A stretch of 64,000 nucleotides of DNA, from positions 1 to 64,000 of the forward strand of contig CAWGJO010000035.1 in NCBI GenBank assembly GCA_963822945.1, in the 5' to 3' direction. Below the pieces are notes generated by a model. It was given only the letters and a program-made list of their open reading frames with translations, did no database searches and was not told where the DNA came from. A program made the translations under genes and the position numbers. Below are positions 32,238 through 41,414 of this stretch, one piece after another (within the stretch, counting starts at the first letter, position 1; each line of letters starts with the position of its first letter). The DNA is from an uncultured Gemmatimonadaceae bacterium (GTDB lineage Bacteria; Gemmatimonadota; Gemmatimonadetes; Gemmatimonadales; Gemmatimonadaceae).

Positions 32238-34859
32238 TCACACCGGCTGGCCCACCCCCCGCACGATCCCCTCCACGCGGCGCTCGGGATCGAAGTACTG
32301 TTGCGCGAGCGCCTGCATCTGCTCGCGCGTCACGCCGCGCACGCGATCCTCGAACTCGGTGAGCGCCGAGAGGTTGCCCTCCATCCACGCCGCGATCACG
32401 TCGTTGAGCACCGCCGATCCACGCTGGAGCCGGATGGCGTGCGCGCCGAGCGCGTAGGTCTGCACGTGCGCGAGCTCGTCCGCGGTCACCGGCGCCTCGC
32501 GCAGCTTCCGGAACTCGTGCAGCAGGCCGGCGCGGGCCACGTCCTCCTTGTCCGGCGACATCGCGATGTAGGCGCCGAACGCGCCGGCGAGCTGCCGTTC
32601 CGACGAGAACGCGTGCACGGTATAGGCCAGCGACTGGCGCTCGCGCAGTTCGTCGAAGAACCGCCCGCCCAGCCCGCTGGCGATGCCGGCGATGAGCCCC
32701 GCCGCGAAGCGCGCATCGTCCCGCCGCGACGGCCCCGGAAAGAGCATCAGCAGCGCGGTCTGTGCCTTGTCGCGCGCCTCCACCGCCGTGGCGATTCCCT
32801 CGGGCCACGTGGGCGCGGCCGGCTGCGGAAATTCGGCGTAGGTGAGGTCGGCGAACGCGCGGGCCGCCGCGTCGGCCAGCGCATCGGGGTCGGCGTCGCC
32901 CACGATCCCCACCACGGCGGTGGAGCGCAGCGCGCGCGTCGCATGCCAATCGCGCACGGCCTCGACGGTGATGGCCCGCAGCGAGGCTTCGGTACCGCCG
33001 GGCGAGCGTCCATACGGATGCGACGGGAATGCAGCGCCGAGCGCGAGACGCATCGGGTAGCGATACATGTCGTCGCGCATCGAGATGACCTCGGAGATCG
33101 CGGCGTCGCGTTCGGTGCCCACCGCCTCGTCGGGGTGGGTCGCGTGCTGCGCGATGTCGGCCACCAGCGCCAGCGCCTCGTCGTACCGCGCCGCCGGCAC
33201 CGAGATCGACCATCCGAAGGTCTCCCCGCCGGCGATCGGACTCACCGATCCGCCCAGCCGTTCGGCGGCCTCGGCAATCTCCTCCGCCGACCGCGTCTCG
33301 GTGCCTTTGACCGCCGTGCGGGTCATCAGCATCGTGAGTCCGGCCATGTCGGCGGGCTCGTCGACCGCGCCGCCCTGCATGAACACGCCGACGCGCGTCA
33401 TCGGCGCGCCCGGCTTGCGCCGCACGAGTACCGGGACGCCGCGCGCCGTGCGGTACACCCGGACCCCTGCTTCCTCGCGCTCGAACGTCGCGCCGGGCCG
33501 GCCCGCCGTCGAGGCGTCCGGCCGCCGCGGGACCACCGGCGGCCTGGGGGCCGGGCCCACCGTGGCCAGCAGCGCCCGCATTGCCGCCGCGTCGCTCGCC
33601 ACCTCGGCCGACGCGCGCGGACGATACGTGATCACGCCCGCGCGGTCCGGATCGAGATACCGGCGCGCCACCGTGGTCAGGTCGTCGGCCGTGCACGCCA
33701 TCGTCCGGTCGTAGAACTCGTCGCCCAGGCGCCAGTCGCCCAACGCCTCCCATTCCGCCAGATGATTGGCCTGCCCTTCCATATCCTCCAGCCGGCGGAT
33801 GACGCGCGCCTCGACGATGCTCCGGGCACGTTCCACCTCCGCGGCATTGATCCCGTATTCGCGAATGCCGAGCAGTTGGCGCCAGGTGGCCCGCGCGGCC
33901 TCGGTGAGCGTCTCCGGCTGTCCCTCGCCGTGCACCACGAACACGCCCACTTCGGTGGGCGCGTAGTTGTACGCCGTGATGGACGACACGAGTTTCCGCT
34001 CGCGCACGGCGCGGTAGAGCCGCGACGCACGCCCGGTGGCGAGTACGGTGCCGAGCAGGTCGAGGGCCGGCGTGTCGGGGTGCCGGGTGGGAACCGTGCG
34101 CCACCCGAACGCGAGCTGTGCCTGCGCGACGTCGCCCGTCAGTTCGCGATACCGGAAGTCCGCCGCACCATCCTCCACCGGTCCCGGCGAGCGGTCGGGT
34201 TCCCCGGCCGGCGCGGCGCCGTAACGCGCTTCGATCTGCTGCATGGCCTCGTCGACGTCGACATCGCCGACCACCGTGAGGATGGTGGTGCTGGGCCGGT
34301 AGAAGTTCCGGTAGAAATCCATGAGGTCGCCGCGCGACAGCCGGCGCAGCCCCTCCTCGCGGCCGATGCGCCAGCGGCGGATGCGATGCCGGTCGAACAG
34401 CAGTTCGTGCAGCGTCTCGGTGGCCACGGCGCCGGGGTTGTCGGCCTTGCGCTTCGCCTCCTGGATGATGACTTCCAGTTCGCGCGACAGCTCGCCGGCG
34501 TCGATCAGCGAGTTCGCATAGGCATCGGCCTGGATGTCGAGCGCCTCGGCGAATCCCGAGGCCGGCACGACGGTGTAGTAGACGGTGTGGTCGTAGATGG
34601 TGCCGGCGTTCAGGTAGCCGCCCACCGCCTTGGTCTGCTTGGCGATCTCCCCCACGCCGCGCCGCGCCGTACCCTTGAAGTACATGTGCTCCAGCACGTG
34701 GGCGATACCCGCGACGTCGTCGGTCTCGTCGAAGTAGCCCGCCTTCACGTAGGTCACGATCGCCGCGACCGGCGCCGAGGAATCGCGGCGCACCAGCACG
34801 GTGAGTCCATTGCGCAGCACGCGGCGGTGCACGGTGCGCGGGTCGAGCAGTTCAGTCAT
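32238..34859 (-). CDS. M16 family zinc peptidase (fused)
   Basis: 'GIAHVLEHMYFKGT' HxxEH; 'LRERQSLAY'. Confidence 0.92.
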   Translation of the reverse strand: MTELLDPRTVHRRVLRNGLTVLVRRDSSAPVAAIVTYVKAGYFDETDDVAGIAHVLEHMYFKGTARRGVGEIAKQTKAVGGYLNAGTIYDHTVYYTVVPASGFAEALDIQADAYANSLIDAGELSRELEVIIQEAKRKADNPGAVATETLHELLFDRHRIRRWRIGREEGLRRLSRGDLMDFYRNFYRPSTTILTVVGDVDVDEAMQQIEARYGAAPAGEPDRSPGPVEDGAADFRYRELTGDVAQAQLAFGWRTVPTRHPDTPALDLLGTVLATGRASRLYRAVRERKLVSSITAYNYAPTEVGVFVVHGEGQPETLTEAARATWRQLLGIREYGINAAEVERARSIVEARVIRRLEDMEGQANHLAEWEALGDWRLGDEFYDRTMACTADDLTTVARRYLDPDRAGVITYRPRASAEVASDAAAMRALLATVGPAPRPPVVPRRPDASTAGRPGATFEREEAGVRVYRTARGVPVLVRRKPGAPMTRVGVFMQGGAVDEPADMAGLTMLMTRTAVKGTETRSAEEIAEAAERLGGSVSPIAGGETFGWSISVPAARYDEALALVADIAQHATHPDEAVGTERDAAISEVISMRDDMYRYPMRLALGAAFPSHPYGRSPGGTEASLRAITVEAVRDWHATRALRSTAVVGIVGDADPDALADAAARAFADLTYAEFPQPAAPTWPEGIATAVEARDKAQTALLMLFPGPSRRDDARFAAGLIAGIASGLGGRFFDELRERQSLAYTVHAFSSERQLAGAFGAYIAMSPDKEDVARAGLLHEFRKLREAPVTADELAHVQTYALGAHAIRLQRGSAVLNDVIAAWMEGNLSALTEFEDRVRGVTREQMQALAQQYFDPERRVEGIVRGVGQPV

Positions 34860-34928
34860 CGAGCGTCGAGGTGATCCGCGGCCGCGCCGGGGGGTGCGAG
34901 GCGACGAGGGGTTCGAAGGGTGCCGCGA

Positions 34929-35948
34929 TCAGTGATGCAGCGTGTCGGGTGGCGTGGACGCACTCACGCACGAGGTCCACACGCCGGGACCCGCGCGCGT
35001 GATCCATCGCTCGCCCTCGTCGATCCGTCCCAGCCGGATCAGCGTGCACCCCAGGTATCCCATGGACGCCGGATCGTCGGGGTTGGCGGAAACGGCGCGC
35101 ACGTAGAATTTCCGCGCGAGGTCGTAGTTGCCCACCTGGTACAGGTAGGCCCCCATCTCACGCAGGGCGATGGCATTGGTGGGATCGGCGGTGAGCGCGA
35201 GTTGGAGTTCCGCGTTCGCGGCCGGCAGGTTGCCGGCGTCGCGCGCGATGCGCGCGAGGTACACGTGCGCCACCACGTAGTCGGGATCGATGAGCAGGGC
35301 GCGCCGGAAGTCGGCGGCGGCGGAGTCGCGATTGCCGGCGTCGAATTCGGCGATGGCGCGATTCACCACCGCGTCGCGGCGCGGGCCGCCGAACCAGTAG
35401 TAAGCCGCGCCGCCGATCAGCCCGAGCACCACGAGCGACACGAGCGCCGTCCAGAGTCGGGCGCGTGAGCGCGCCGGCGCGGCGGGGGGCGCGAACTCGG
35501 GCATCAGCGGCGAACGGCGCGTGCCGCCGGGCGGCGTGGGATCGAGGACCGCCCCCGCCCCCGCCCCCGCGGCCGGCGTCCGGCTGCCGGCCCGTCCGGT
35601 CCCGACCGGCACATCGAACGCCGCCATGGCGTGGCGGGCCGCGTCCACGTCCTCGGCGGTGGGGCGATACCCGGCATCCTGCGTCCGATCGCGGGCGGCG
35701 TGGAATGTGGCCAGCGCGTTCGCCTGGTCGAACGTCAGGAACTGGCGCTGGCGCGCCTCACGCACCAGTTCGGTCCCGGTCGCCGAACTCCCGCCGAGCA
35801 GTGCGCGGAGCGCCGTCTCGACCGCCGTCCACGCCTCGAGCAGATCGGCGGCGACATCCTCGGGGTGCCGGGACACATCGAGGCGAGCAATAGCGGCGCG
35901 CGCGCCGGCCAGGGCGGGCGCGGCCGGAGACCCGTCGGGGATGCTCAC
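34929..35948 (-). CDS. Membrane-anchored TPR protein with N-terminal HEPN-like helical domain
   Basis: GTG 35948 overlaps upstream stop; TM 'LWTALVSLVVLGLIGGAAYYWFG'; C-terminal TPR repeats. Confidence 0.7.
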   Translation of the reverse strand: MSIPDGSPAAPALAGARAAIARLDVSRHPEDVAADLLEAWTAVETALRALLGGSSATGTELVREARQRQFLTFDQANALATFHAARDRTQDAGYRPTAEDVDAARHAMAAFDVPVGTGRAGSRTPAAGAGAGAVLDPTPPGGTRRSPLMPEFAPPAAPARSRARLWTALVSLVVLGLIGGAAYYWFGGPRRDAVVNRAIAEFDAGNRDSAAADFRRALLIDPDYVVAHVYLARIARDAGNLPAANAELQLALTADPTNAIALREMGAYLYQVGNYDLARKFYVRAVSANPDDPASMGYLGCTLIRLGRIDEGERWITRAGPGVWTSCVSASTPPDTLHH

Positions 35949-37090
35949 CGCACGATGCGCAGCAGGCCCGCGCGCGCGCTCGCCCGCAGGAAGCTCTCCG
36001 CATCGTGGCTGGGAAGGCGGATGCCCGTCTGCCGGAATACCGAGCGGGCCCGTCCCTGCATATAGTCCTCGAGCGTGGCCGCCGTGTCGACGCGCTCGGC
36101 GTCCCGCATGCGGATCACGATCTCTTCCCACGACCCCTCGTAGCTGGTGCCGTCGCCGCCCACCACCTGGTGCGCCGGCACGCCGGCGGCCTCATCGCGG
36201 TCGGCGAGTCCGGTGAGGAGCGCGCCGAAGATCTCGAGCTGGTTGCGCGGCCCACCGTCGTCATCGTCCGCCGACTCGTCGTCGGCGTCCAACTCCACGA
36301 GCAGCGTGTCCACGTCGTCCAGATCCTCGCCGAGTTCCGTGAGCCGCGCATGCCACGGCGTCAACTCGCCGTCGTTCTCGTCGAGGTTGTACACCGACCG
36401 CTTGAGCTCGATGATCCGCCAGATGCCCAGCTCGTCCCAGTGATCTTCGGGGCGCGTCCGCTCGAACTGATAGAGCGCGCCCTCGTACTCCGACTGATCG
36501 TAGAGAATGTTGGCCAGGTAGATGCGGGCCTCGGCGTGGTCGGAATCGAGCTGCAATGCGTGGCGCAGCGCCTCGACCGCCGCGACGTCGTCGGCCAGGC
36601 GATGCTGCGCGTACCCCACGCAGGCGCGCGCCTCCGCCATCTCCGGCGCCTGGGCCACCGCCTGATTGAAGAACTCGAGCGCCAGCTGGAACAGCTCGGG
36701 CCGCTCGCGGCTGGACGCCTCGCGGAACAACGCCCGACCCACCTGCAGCATGAGATCGAGATCGTCGCTGTAGCCCAGTTCGAAGATCCGGGTGAAGCAC
36801 CGAACCGCGGCGTCCTGCTGCCCGAAGCGCAGCAGCGTCTCGCCGAGCCCGGCCAGCGCGTCCTCGTGCTCGGGTTCGAGCACCAACGCTTCTTCGAAGC
36901 TCCGCCGCGCCCACGCGAATTCCTCGCGCGCCAGACGGGCGTACCCCACCCCGATGTGCAGTTCGACCGAATTCGGGTAGAGGGTCAAGCCCTCCCGAAG
37001 CACATTCAGCGCGTCGTCGTACAACCCCTCGTTGTAGAGTTGGTGGGCACGTTCGTCGTACTCCTCAGAACTCAGGAACGGGGTGGGCAT
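35945..37090 (-). CDS. TPR repeat protein
   Basis: Multiple TPRs; GGAGG at 37102-37106 upstream of ATG 37090. Confidence 0.85.
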   Translation of the reverse strand: MPTPFLSSEEYDERAHQLYNEGLYDDALNVLREGLTLYPNSVELHIGVGYARLAREEFAWARRSFEEALVLEPEHEDALAGLGETLLRFGQQDAAVRCFTRIFELGYSDDLDLMLQVGRALFREASSRERPELFQLALEFFNQAVAQAPEMAEARACVGYAQHRLADDVAAVEALRHALQLDSDHAEARIYLANILYDQSEYEGALYQFERTRPEDHWDELGIWRIIELKRSVYNLDENDGELTPWHARLTELGEDLDDVDTLLVELDADDESADDDDGGPRNQLEIFGALLTGLADRDEAAGVPAHQVVGGDGTSYEGSWEEIVIRMRDAERVDTAATLEDYMQGRARSVFRQTGIRLPSHDAESFLRASARAGLLRIVR

Positions 37091-37125
37091 GAGAACGTAG
37101 ACCTCCAAAGCGAGGGGGCATGCCT

Positions 37126-37155
37126 ATAGTACAATCACCCAACGGCGAAGTTCAA
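37126..37155 (-). promoter_or_regulatory. Sigma70-like promoter for the TPR-TPR-M16 genes
   Basis: Minus strand TTGAAC-N18-TACTAT. Confidence 0.55.
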
Positions 37156-37193
37156 CGGTAATTTTTGCACCGACCGGCGGGATTTTGGTGATG

Positions 37194-38093
37194 TTACGGG
37201 GTCGTGGGGAGTACGCGTGCGATTGCCCCCGCCAGCCGCGCGTTCTGTTCCAGTAATGCAAGGTTCACCTTGAGTGACCGTCCGTGCGTGACCGTGGTCA
37301 CCGCCGCCAACAGATAGGGTGTCGCAGCGGCGCCGCGCACGCCGTCCGCGCGCGCCGCCGCAATGGCACGCTCCACCGCCCGTTCCACCTCGTCACGGGG
37401 CAGCGCAACGTCCGCAGGCGGCGGTTGCACCACCAGCAGCGCCTGGTCCCGCCCCAGCGCGCGCTGCGCGCGGAAGATCTTCGCCACGTCCTCGGCGGAC
37501 TCCGCGCGGGCCGTGAGGCGAATGCCAGTGTCGGCCGTGTAGAAACCCGGAAGATCCGAGGTTTGATAGCCGACGACCGTCACGCCGAACGTTTCCAGGC
37601 GCTCCATGGTGGCACCCAGGTCCAGGATCGCCTTCGCGCCGGCACAGACCACGACCATCGGCGTGCGCGAGAGTTCGAGCAGGTCGGCCGATTCGTCGAA
37701 CGGCGGCTCGCGATGGACGCCGCCGATACCGCCGGTGGCGAATACCGAGACGCCGGCCCGGTGCGCGAGCGCCAACGTGGCGGCGACCGTCGTCGCGCCA
37801 TCGGCCTCCTGTGCCATCGCCACCGGGAGATCGCGCGCCGAGACCTTCCGCACGTCGCGGCCCGCCAGGAAGCGCTCCAATTCATCGGGCTCGAGTCCCA
37901 GCGCCGGCGTGCCGCGCACCACCGCCGCCATCGCGGGGTGGGCACCCTCGGCGCGGACGGCGGCGCTCATGCGATCCACGCACTCGCGGTTGGCCGGCGC
38001 CGGCAGCCCCTGGGCGATGACCGACGTCTCCAGCGCCACCACGGGCTGTCCGGTTTCGATGGCCCGGCGCAGGTCGGGCAGCAGGCGAATCAC
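37194..38093 (-). CDS. psuG: Pseudouridine-5'-phosphate glycosidase
   Basis: 'VALETSVIAQGLP', 'GATTVAAT', 'FATGGIGGVHR', 'DESADL', 'CAGAKAILD', 'ATPYLL'. Confidence 0.93.
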   Translation of the reverse strand: MIRLLPDLRRAIETGQPVVALETSVIAQGLPAPANRECVDRMSAAVRAEGAHPAMAAVVRGTPALGLEPDELERFLAGRDVRKVSARDLPVAMAQEADGATTVAATLALAHRAGVSVFATGGIGGVHREPPFDESADLLELSRTPMVVVCAGAKAILDLGATMERLETFGVTVVGYQTSDLPGFYTADTGIRLTARAESAEDVAKIFRAQRALGRDQALLVVQPPPADVALPRDEVERAVERAIAAARADGVRGAAATPYLLAAVTTVTHGRSLKVNLALLEQNARLAGAIARVLPTTP

Positions 38094-38320
38094 GCGGGGT
38101 CGAACGCCTCGGCCTTGCGCGAATCGAGCACGTCGCGCTCGCCGGAGGTCGGATCGTAGATCGCGATGACCTTGATCGTTTCCCCCTCGTACGCGTCGAA
38201 CTCCTTGCCCTGGCCCTTCGAGACGCGGATCTCGTGTCCGTCCTCGAAGCGCAGCACCACGAGCGGGTGCTCGGCGTTCACGTACCGGCGGCGGAGGCGA
38301 TTGGCGGTGGGTTTCTTCAT
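38090..38320 (-). CDS. Small hypothetical protein (76 aa)
   Basis: 'MKKPTANRLRRRYVNAEHPLVVLRFEDG'; GTGA overlap with psuG. Confidence 0.6.
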   Translation of the reverse strand: MKKPTANRLRRRYVNAEHPLVVLRFEDGHEIRVSKGQGKEFDAYEGETIKVIAIYDPTSGERDVLDSRKAEAFDPA

Positions 38321-38351
38321 GGCGATTCGAACGGTTCGAACGGTGAGGGGG

Positions 38352-39539
38352 TCAGGGAGCACCGGTTGCCTGATACTCGCGCCAGCGGTCCGCGGTCAGC
38401 GCCTCGTCCATCATGGCGACCACGGACTCGAGTTCGTCGTCGCGCGTGTAGAAGTGCGGGGCGACGCGGATGCCGGCGTTCGGCCGGAAGTCCACCAGCA
38501 CGTCCCGCGACAGAAGATACTCGGAAACCTCGTAGGCATGGGGCACGTCGAACGCCACCGTTCCCCCGCGGCGCGCGGGGTCGCGCGGCACTCGCACGGG
38601 ATATCCACGGGCGTCGGCCAGTTCGATGAGCCGCGCCGTCTGCCGCATGCTCTTGGCCCGGATGGCCGCCACGCCGGCGCGCCGCACGAGGCGCGGGCCC
38701 TCGATGGCGGCATACAGCGCGGGAATGGCGGGCGTGCCGTTGAGCCACCGGTACACGCCCGGCGCGTGCGTCATCTCCGGCTCGAAGGCAAACGGATGCT
38801 CGTGCGCCAGCCATCCGGTGAGCGCCGGCTCCAGCGCAGTCTGCACGCCGGGGGCCACGTACAGAAAACATCCGCCGGGCCCGCCACACAGCCATTTGAG
38901 CACGCCCCCGGTGAGGAAGTCCGCGCCCAGCGCCTTCACGTCCACCGGGATCACCCCCACGGCATGGAAGGCGTCGAGGGAGAGCAGCGCGCCCATCTCG
39001 TGCGCGCGCCTGGCGATGGGCGCCACATCCATCACGAACGCCGACCGGAACAGCACGTGCGAGATGCACACCAGCCGCGTCCGCTCGTCGATGGCCGCCA
39101 TGACGGCGTCGGCGTCCACGCTGATGCCGTCAGCGGCCGCCGGCACGACCACGATCTCGGCGCCGAGCCGGGTGGCCAGCCGGTCGTACACGTAGCGCAC
39201 CGACGGGAAGTCGAGTTCCGTCATGACGATCCGGTTGCGCTCGGGCGGGTAGTCGAGCGCCGAGAGCACCGACGCCTGGCCCAGCGTGACGTTGCCCACC
39301 ATCACCACCTGGCCGGCGTCGGCGCCGATGAGGGGCGCGATCTCGTCGCCCACCGCGCCGGGCATCGCCCACCAGCGGCGGCCCCAAGCGCGCACTCCCT
39401 GTTCGGCCCACTCGTCGACGTACTCCGCCAGCCGTTCGGGGACGGCGCGCGGCATGGCGCCGAGCGAATTGGACACGAGGTACGTGGTGTGCTCGAGAAT
39501 CGGGAATTCGCCGCGATAGGCGAGGAGCGAATCGGTCAT
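38352..39539 (-). CDS. Kynureninase-like PLP enzyme (aminotransferase class V)
   Basis: 'YLVSNSLGAMP', 'DFPS', 'SHVLFRS', 'DAFHAVG', 'GGVLKWLCGGPG'. Confidence 0.8.
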   Translation of the reverse strand: MTDSLLAYRGEFPILEHTTYLVSNSLGAMPRAVPERLAEYVDEWAEQGVRAWGRRWWAMPGAVGDEIAPLIGADAGQVVMVGNVTLGQASVLSALDYPPERNRIVMTELDFPSVRYVYDRLATRLGAEIVVVPAAADGISVDADAVMAAIDERTRLVCISHVLFRSAFVMDVAPIARRAHEMGALLSLDAFHAVGVIPVDVKALGADFLTGGVLKWLCGGPGGCFLYVAPGVQTALEPALTGWLAHEHPFAFEPEMTHAPGVYRWLNGTPAIPALYAAIEGPRLVRRAGVAAIRAKSMRQTARLIELADARGYPVRVPRDPARRGGTVAFDVPHAYEVSEYLLSRDVLVDFRPNAGIRVAPHFYTRDDELESVVAMMDEALTADRWREYQATGAP

Positions 39540-40867
39540 GGGTTTCCGGAGGTCACGATGCGCGCCGCGCGGGCGCGGCGCGTGGAGACGAACACCAGAC
39601 TCGCCACCGCCAGGACGAGGCCGGCCACGCGCCACTCGCGCAACGTGACGGACGAGAGGAGGGCGATGACGAGCAGGCCGGCGACGACGGGAATCACGTT
39701 GCCGCCGGGCAAACGGAACGGCTCGCCGGCCCCGCGCACGTCGCGCCGGTGGAGTTCGAACGCCGCGGCGCAGCATCCGAGGTAGGCGAGCAGCGCCGCG
39801 AGGTTGGCCATGATCACCAGCCGGTCGAACGCGCCGGTGGCGGCCAGTCCCACCGTGAGCACCGCCTGGGCGATGATCGCCACGTGGGGCGTGTGATACC
39901 GGGAGTGCACCGACGCGAAGACCCGCGGCGCGAACCCATCGCGAGCGAAGGCGAACAGGGCGCGCGGCATCGCCAGCGCCATACCGGTCATGAAGCCGAA
40001 GGTGGAGAGCACCACCGCCACGGCGAACAGCTTGGCGCCCCACGGGCCCATGACCACGGCCGCGGCGTCGGCGAGCGGGGTCGGCGAGCCCACGAGGTGC
40101 GGACCGAGGATGCCCTGGACCACGAGCTGCAGCGCCACGAACAGGAGCGTGACCATGCCCATGGCCAGGAGCAGCGCGCGGGGAACGGTGCGTGAGGAGT
40201 CGGTGACCTCGCCGCTCGGCACCAGGGCGCTCTCGAAACCGGCGAACACGAACACCAGCACCATCGCCGCCCGCGCGAAGTCGCGCTTGGGCGGCATCAC
40301 CTCGGGCTTGAGATAGGCGGTATGGATGCCGAATACGCCGACCACGATCAGCAGGATCAGCGGCGCGAGCTTGACGACCGTCGCCGCGCCGATGAGCCGC
40401 GTGCCCTGCTTCACCCCGCGCACGTTGATCCAGACGACCGTGGCGTACGTGACCACGAGCAGCCCCACCTTCGCGGCCTGCGAGCCGAAGCCGGGCACCA
40501 GCCGGGCGAAGTTGTCGGCGAAGATCATCGCGATGGCCGGCACCGCCGTGGCTCCGATCATCCAGATCAGCACCCCGACCATGAAGCCGGCATAGGGACC
40601 GAACGCCGTCTCCACGTACATGTACGGTCCGCCGGTCAGCGACACGCGACTGCCCGCTTCGGCCATGCACAGCACCACGAATCCCATCGCCACCGCGCAC
40701 ATCAGGTACGCGAGAGGCGCGGCGGCCCCCAGCAGCCCGGCCACCGCGGGGTCGGACGGAATGCGGAAGATCCCGCCGCCGATGATCAGATTCACGATGC
40801 TCGCCGCCAGCCCCCAGACACCCACGGCCCGGACGAGCGAGGATTCGATGGAAGCGCGCTGACTCAT
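39536..40867 (-). CDS. APC family amino acid permease
   Basis: 'IIGGGIF', 'TGGPYMY', 'FVFAGFES', 'PRALFAFARDG'; about 12 TMs. Confidence 0.9.
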   Translation of the reverse strand: MSQRASIESSLVRAVGVWGLAASIVNLIIGGGIFRIPSDPAVAGLLGAAAPLAYLMCAVAMGFVVLCMAEAGSRVSLTGGPYMYVETAFGPYAGFMVGVLIWMIGATAVPAIAMIFADNFARLVPGFGSQAAKVGLLVVTYATVVWINVRGVKQGTRLIGAATVVKLAPLILLIVVGVFGIHTAYLKPEVMPPKRDFARAAMVLVFVFAGFESALVPSGEVTDSSRTVPRALLLAMGMVTLLFVALQLVVQGILGPHLVGSPTPLADAAAVVMGPWGAKLFAVAVVLSTFGFMTGMALAMPRALFAFARDGFAPRVFASVHSRYHTPHVAIIAQAVLTVGLAATGAFDRLVIMANLAALLAYLGCCAAAFELHRRDVRGAGEPFRLPGGNVIPVVAGLLVIALLSSVTLREWRVAGLVLAVASLVFVSTRRARAARIVTSGNP

Positions 40868-41026
40868 GGAAGACGGATCGGGTGGGAAATGGCCGGAAGG
40901 GAGCCGTCGGCGGCGATGCGTGTACAACACTAGACCTCACGCGCTCCGGACGCCACCATATTGCAGGCGTTCGAACCGGGAAACGAGCGCGGGACGGAAT
41001 TCCATTACACCGTTTGGAGGAACGAC

Positions 41027-41401
41027 ATGACAGCACGCGTGCAAGCATTGGTCCTCGGCCTGGCCCTCTGTGCGGCCACGGCGGGGGCGCAGACTCCGAC
41101 GTCGGTCAGCCTGTCGGTGCGGATGCCCAGCGTCACTCCGTTGGTCCAGGTGCAGCAGACGGCGTCCGTTGGCCCCGTACTCCGGTCGTCCGCCGTCGGG
41201 ATTCAATCGCTGCACCAGGCCGTGCCGCTCGACCCCGCGGGTGGAATGGCGGCCACCACGCGCCAGCAGTCCCGGGCCATGATGATCGTGGGCGGTGCGG
41301 CCCTCATCGTCGGCGCCATCATCGGAGGCACCCCCGGCACCATCGTCATGGTCGGCGGCGGCGTGGTCGGACTCATTGGGCTCTACAACTATCTCGAGTA
41401 G
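41027..41401 (+). CDS. Hypothetical exported protein with C-terminal Gly-rich hydrophobic hairpin
   Basis: GGAGG RBS; signal peptide 'AATAGA-Q'; 'MIVGGAALIVGAIIGG..GGGVVGLIGLY'. Confidence 0.7.
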   Translation: MTARVQALVLGLALCAATAGAQTPTSVSLSVRMPSVTPLVQVQQTASVGPVLRSSAVGIQSLHQAVPLDPAGGMAATTRQQSRAMMIVGGAALIVGAIIGGTPGTIVMVGGGVVGLIGLYNYLE

Positions 41402-41414
41402 CGGCGGCACGTCG

